This document shows, in pieces, positions 61,171 to 62,000 of a stretch of 62,000 nt of DNA. How positions within the stretch are numbered: position 1 is the stretch's first letter; every line of letters starts with the position of its first letter. The stretch spans positions 27,982,001 through 28,044,000 of the forward strand of contig OX597818.1 in the NCBI GenBank assembly GCA_951406725.2, written 5' to 3'. The translations under genes and the position numbers were made by a program. The notes beneath the pieces were generated by a model. The model saw only the letters and a list, made by a program, of their open reading frames with translations. It was not told where the DNA came from and did not search any database. This stretch comes from Octopus vulgaris (taxonomy: Eukaryota).

Positions 61171-62000
61171 TGGGTGTGCATGTATGGGATGGTCATGCAT
61201 GTGCATGTGTATTTATGTACACATGTATGCATTCATGTTTGCATTAACATCTACTGTTGGCTAAATGAGTAACACACTTCAGTTCAACAATGGCACAGGG
61301 TTGAATACTTAGCCACACAAGATGTCTCATGAGGTAAAACATAGTAAATATTCCTTATTTTCTTTATGCGATATATTTCAGTTTATAAACATAAAGCTAT
61401 GGCACCACTACTTGTTGAGTCTTTGTGCACTTTTAGAGATTAAATATGTAACTTAAATGAAATAAGACCATACTACCTAGGTTCATATGCATCTTTTTAT
61501 AGTATAGCTACTGGCATGTATTTCACCATGTTAACTTATAATTCCTCTGTAGAGTGCTCTGTAGGCTTTCTTTCCAGTACTCTTGAAGACAATCATTTCT
61601 CAGAATAATGTAAAGTAATTACTTTGCTCATTTGTCTCTCCTTGGGTGATTTATATACCACCCACCTATGACTCAACACTTGCTATATATTGCATGGGTA
61701 AATAGAATCCAGTCTTCCAATCAGTGGCAGCTGACAAAGTGAATATTCAATAAAGTGTTTAGATCTATCTTTGTAGTAAATATTTCATATTTTGTTTATG
61801 TGGTATATTTGGGTCCATTCTTTCCTAGTGAGTTGATGTGCCCTCTAAGTGAACTAAGATTGTACTGCCTGGGTTCATGTAAATTTTATCTACTTACAGG
61901 TAGTAGGTAGTTGCTTTAAGTAGGTGACCTAATTAGTAAAGGAAAACTATATTCTGAAAGTATGGCTGCTAAAATTAGAAGTGGTTGAAGAAAGTCCTGA

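Overview
AT-rich animal genomic DNA saturated with microsatellites ((TA)n, (CA)n, (TATC)n, (TACA)n, (CAT)n) and decayed transposons. The repeat landscape looks like a coleoid cephalopod (Octopus-like); this is inferred from pattern recognition, not a database match. Repeats present: RTE-clade LINEs with (GAT)n tails, tRNA-derived SINEs, Penelope-like elements with minimal hammerhead ribozymes, R4/Dong-like LINEs, Helitrons, mariner/maT/pogo fossils and foldback MITEs. Nearly all ORFs in the supplied track are microsatellite or TE artefacts. The main non-TE signal is invisible to that track: a plus-strand array of 42- and 60-nt phase-1/phase-1 micro-exons (3449, 9613, 10658, 15304, 15608, 22353, 22652, plus a damaged copy at 26439), each with AG/GTAAG splice sites. 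They sit in at least four tandem copies of an ancestral ~2 kb exon-intron unit since pushed apart by TE insertions. Spliced in order, the seven intact exons give a stop-free 116-codon acidic, low-complexity peptide of repeated tyrosine motifs (YATI, YVNF, YAEI, YLCM, YAEI, YVNI, YLEM, YINV). This resembles a modular SH2-docking cytoplasmic tail of a receptor or adaptor that I cannot name. A second local duplication (44.8-46.1 kb vs 51.8-54.1 kb) holds a candidate terminal exon whose copies differ only synonymously. A few weaker minus-strand exon candidates lie at 33.8-39.7 kb.
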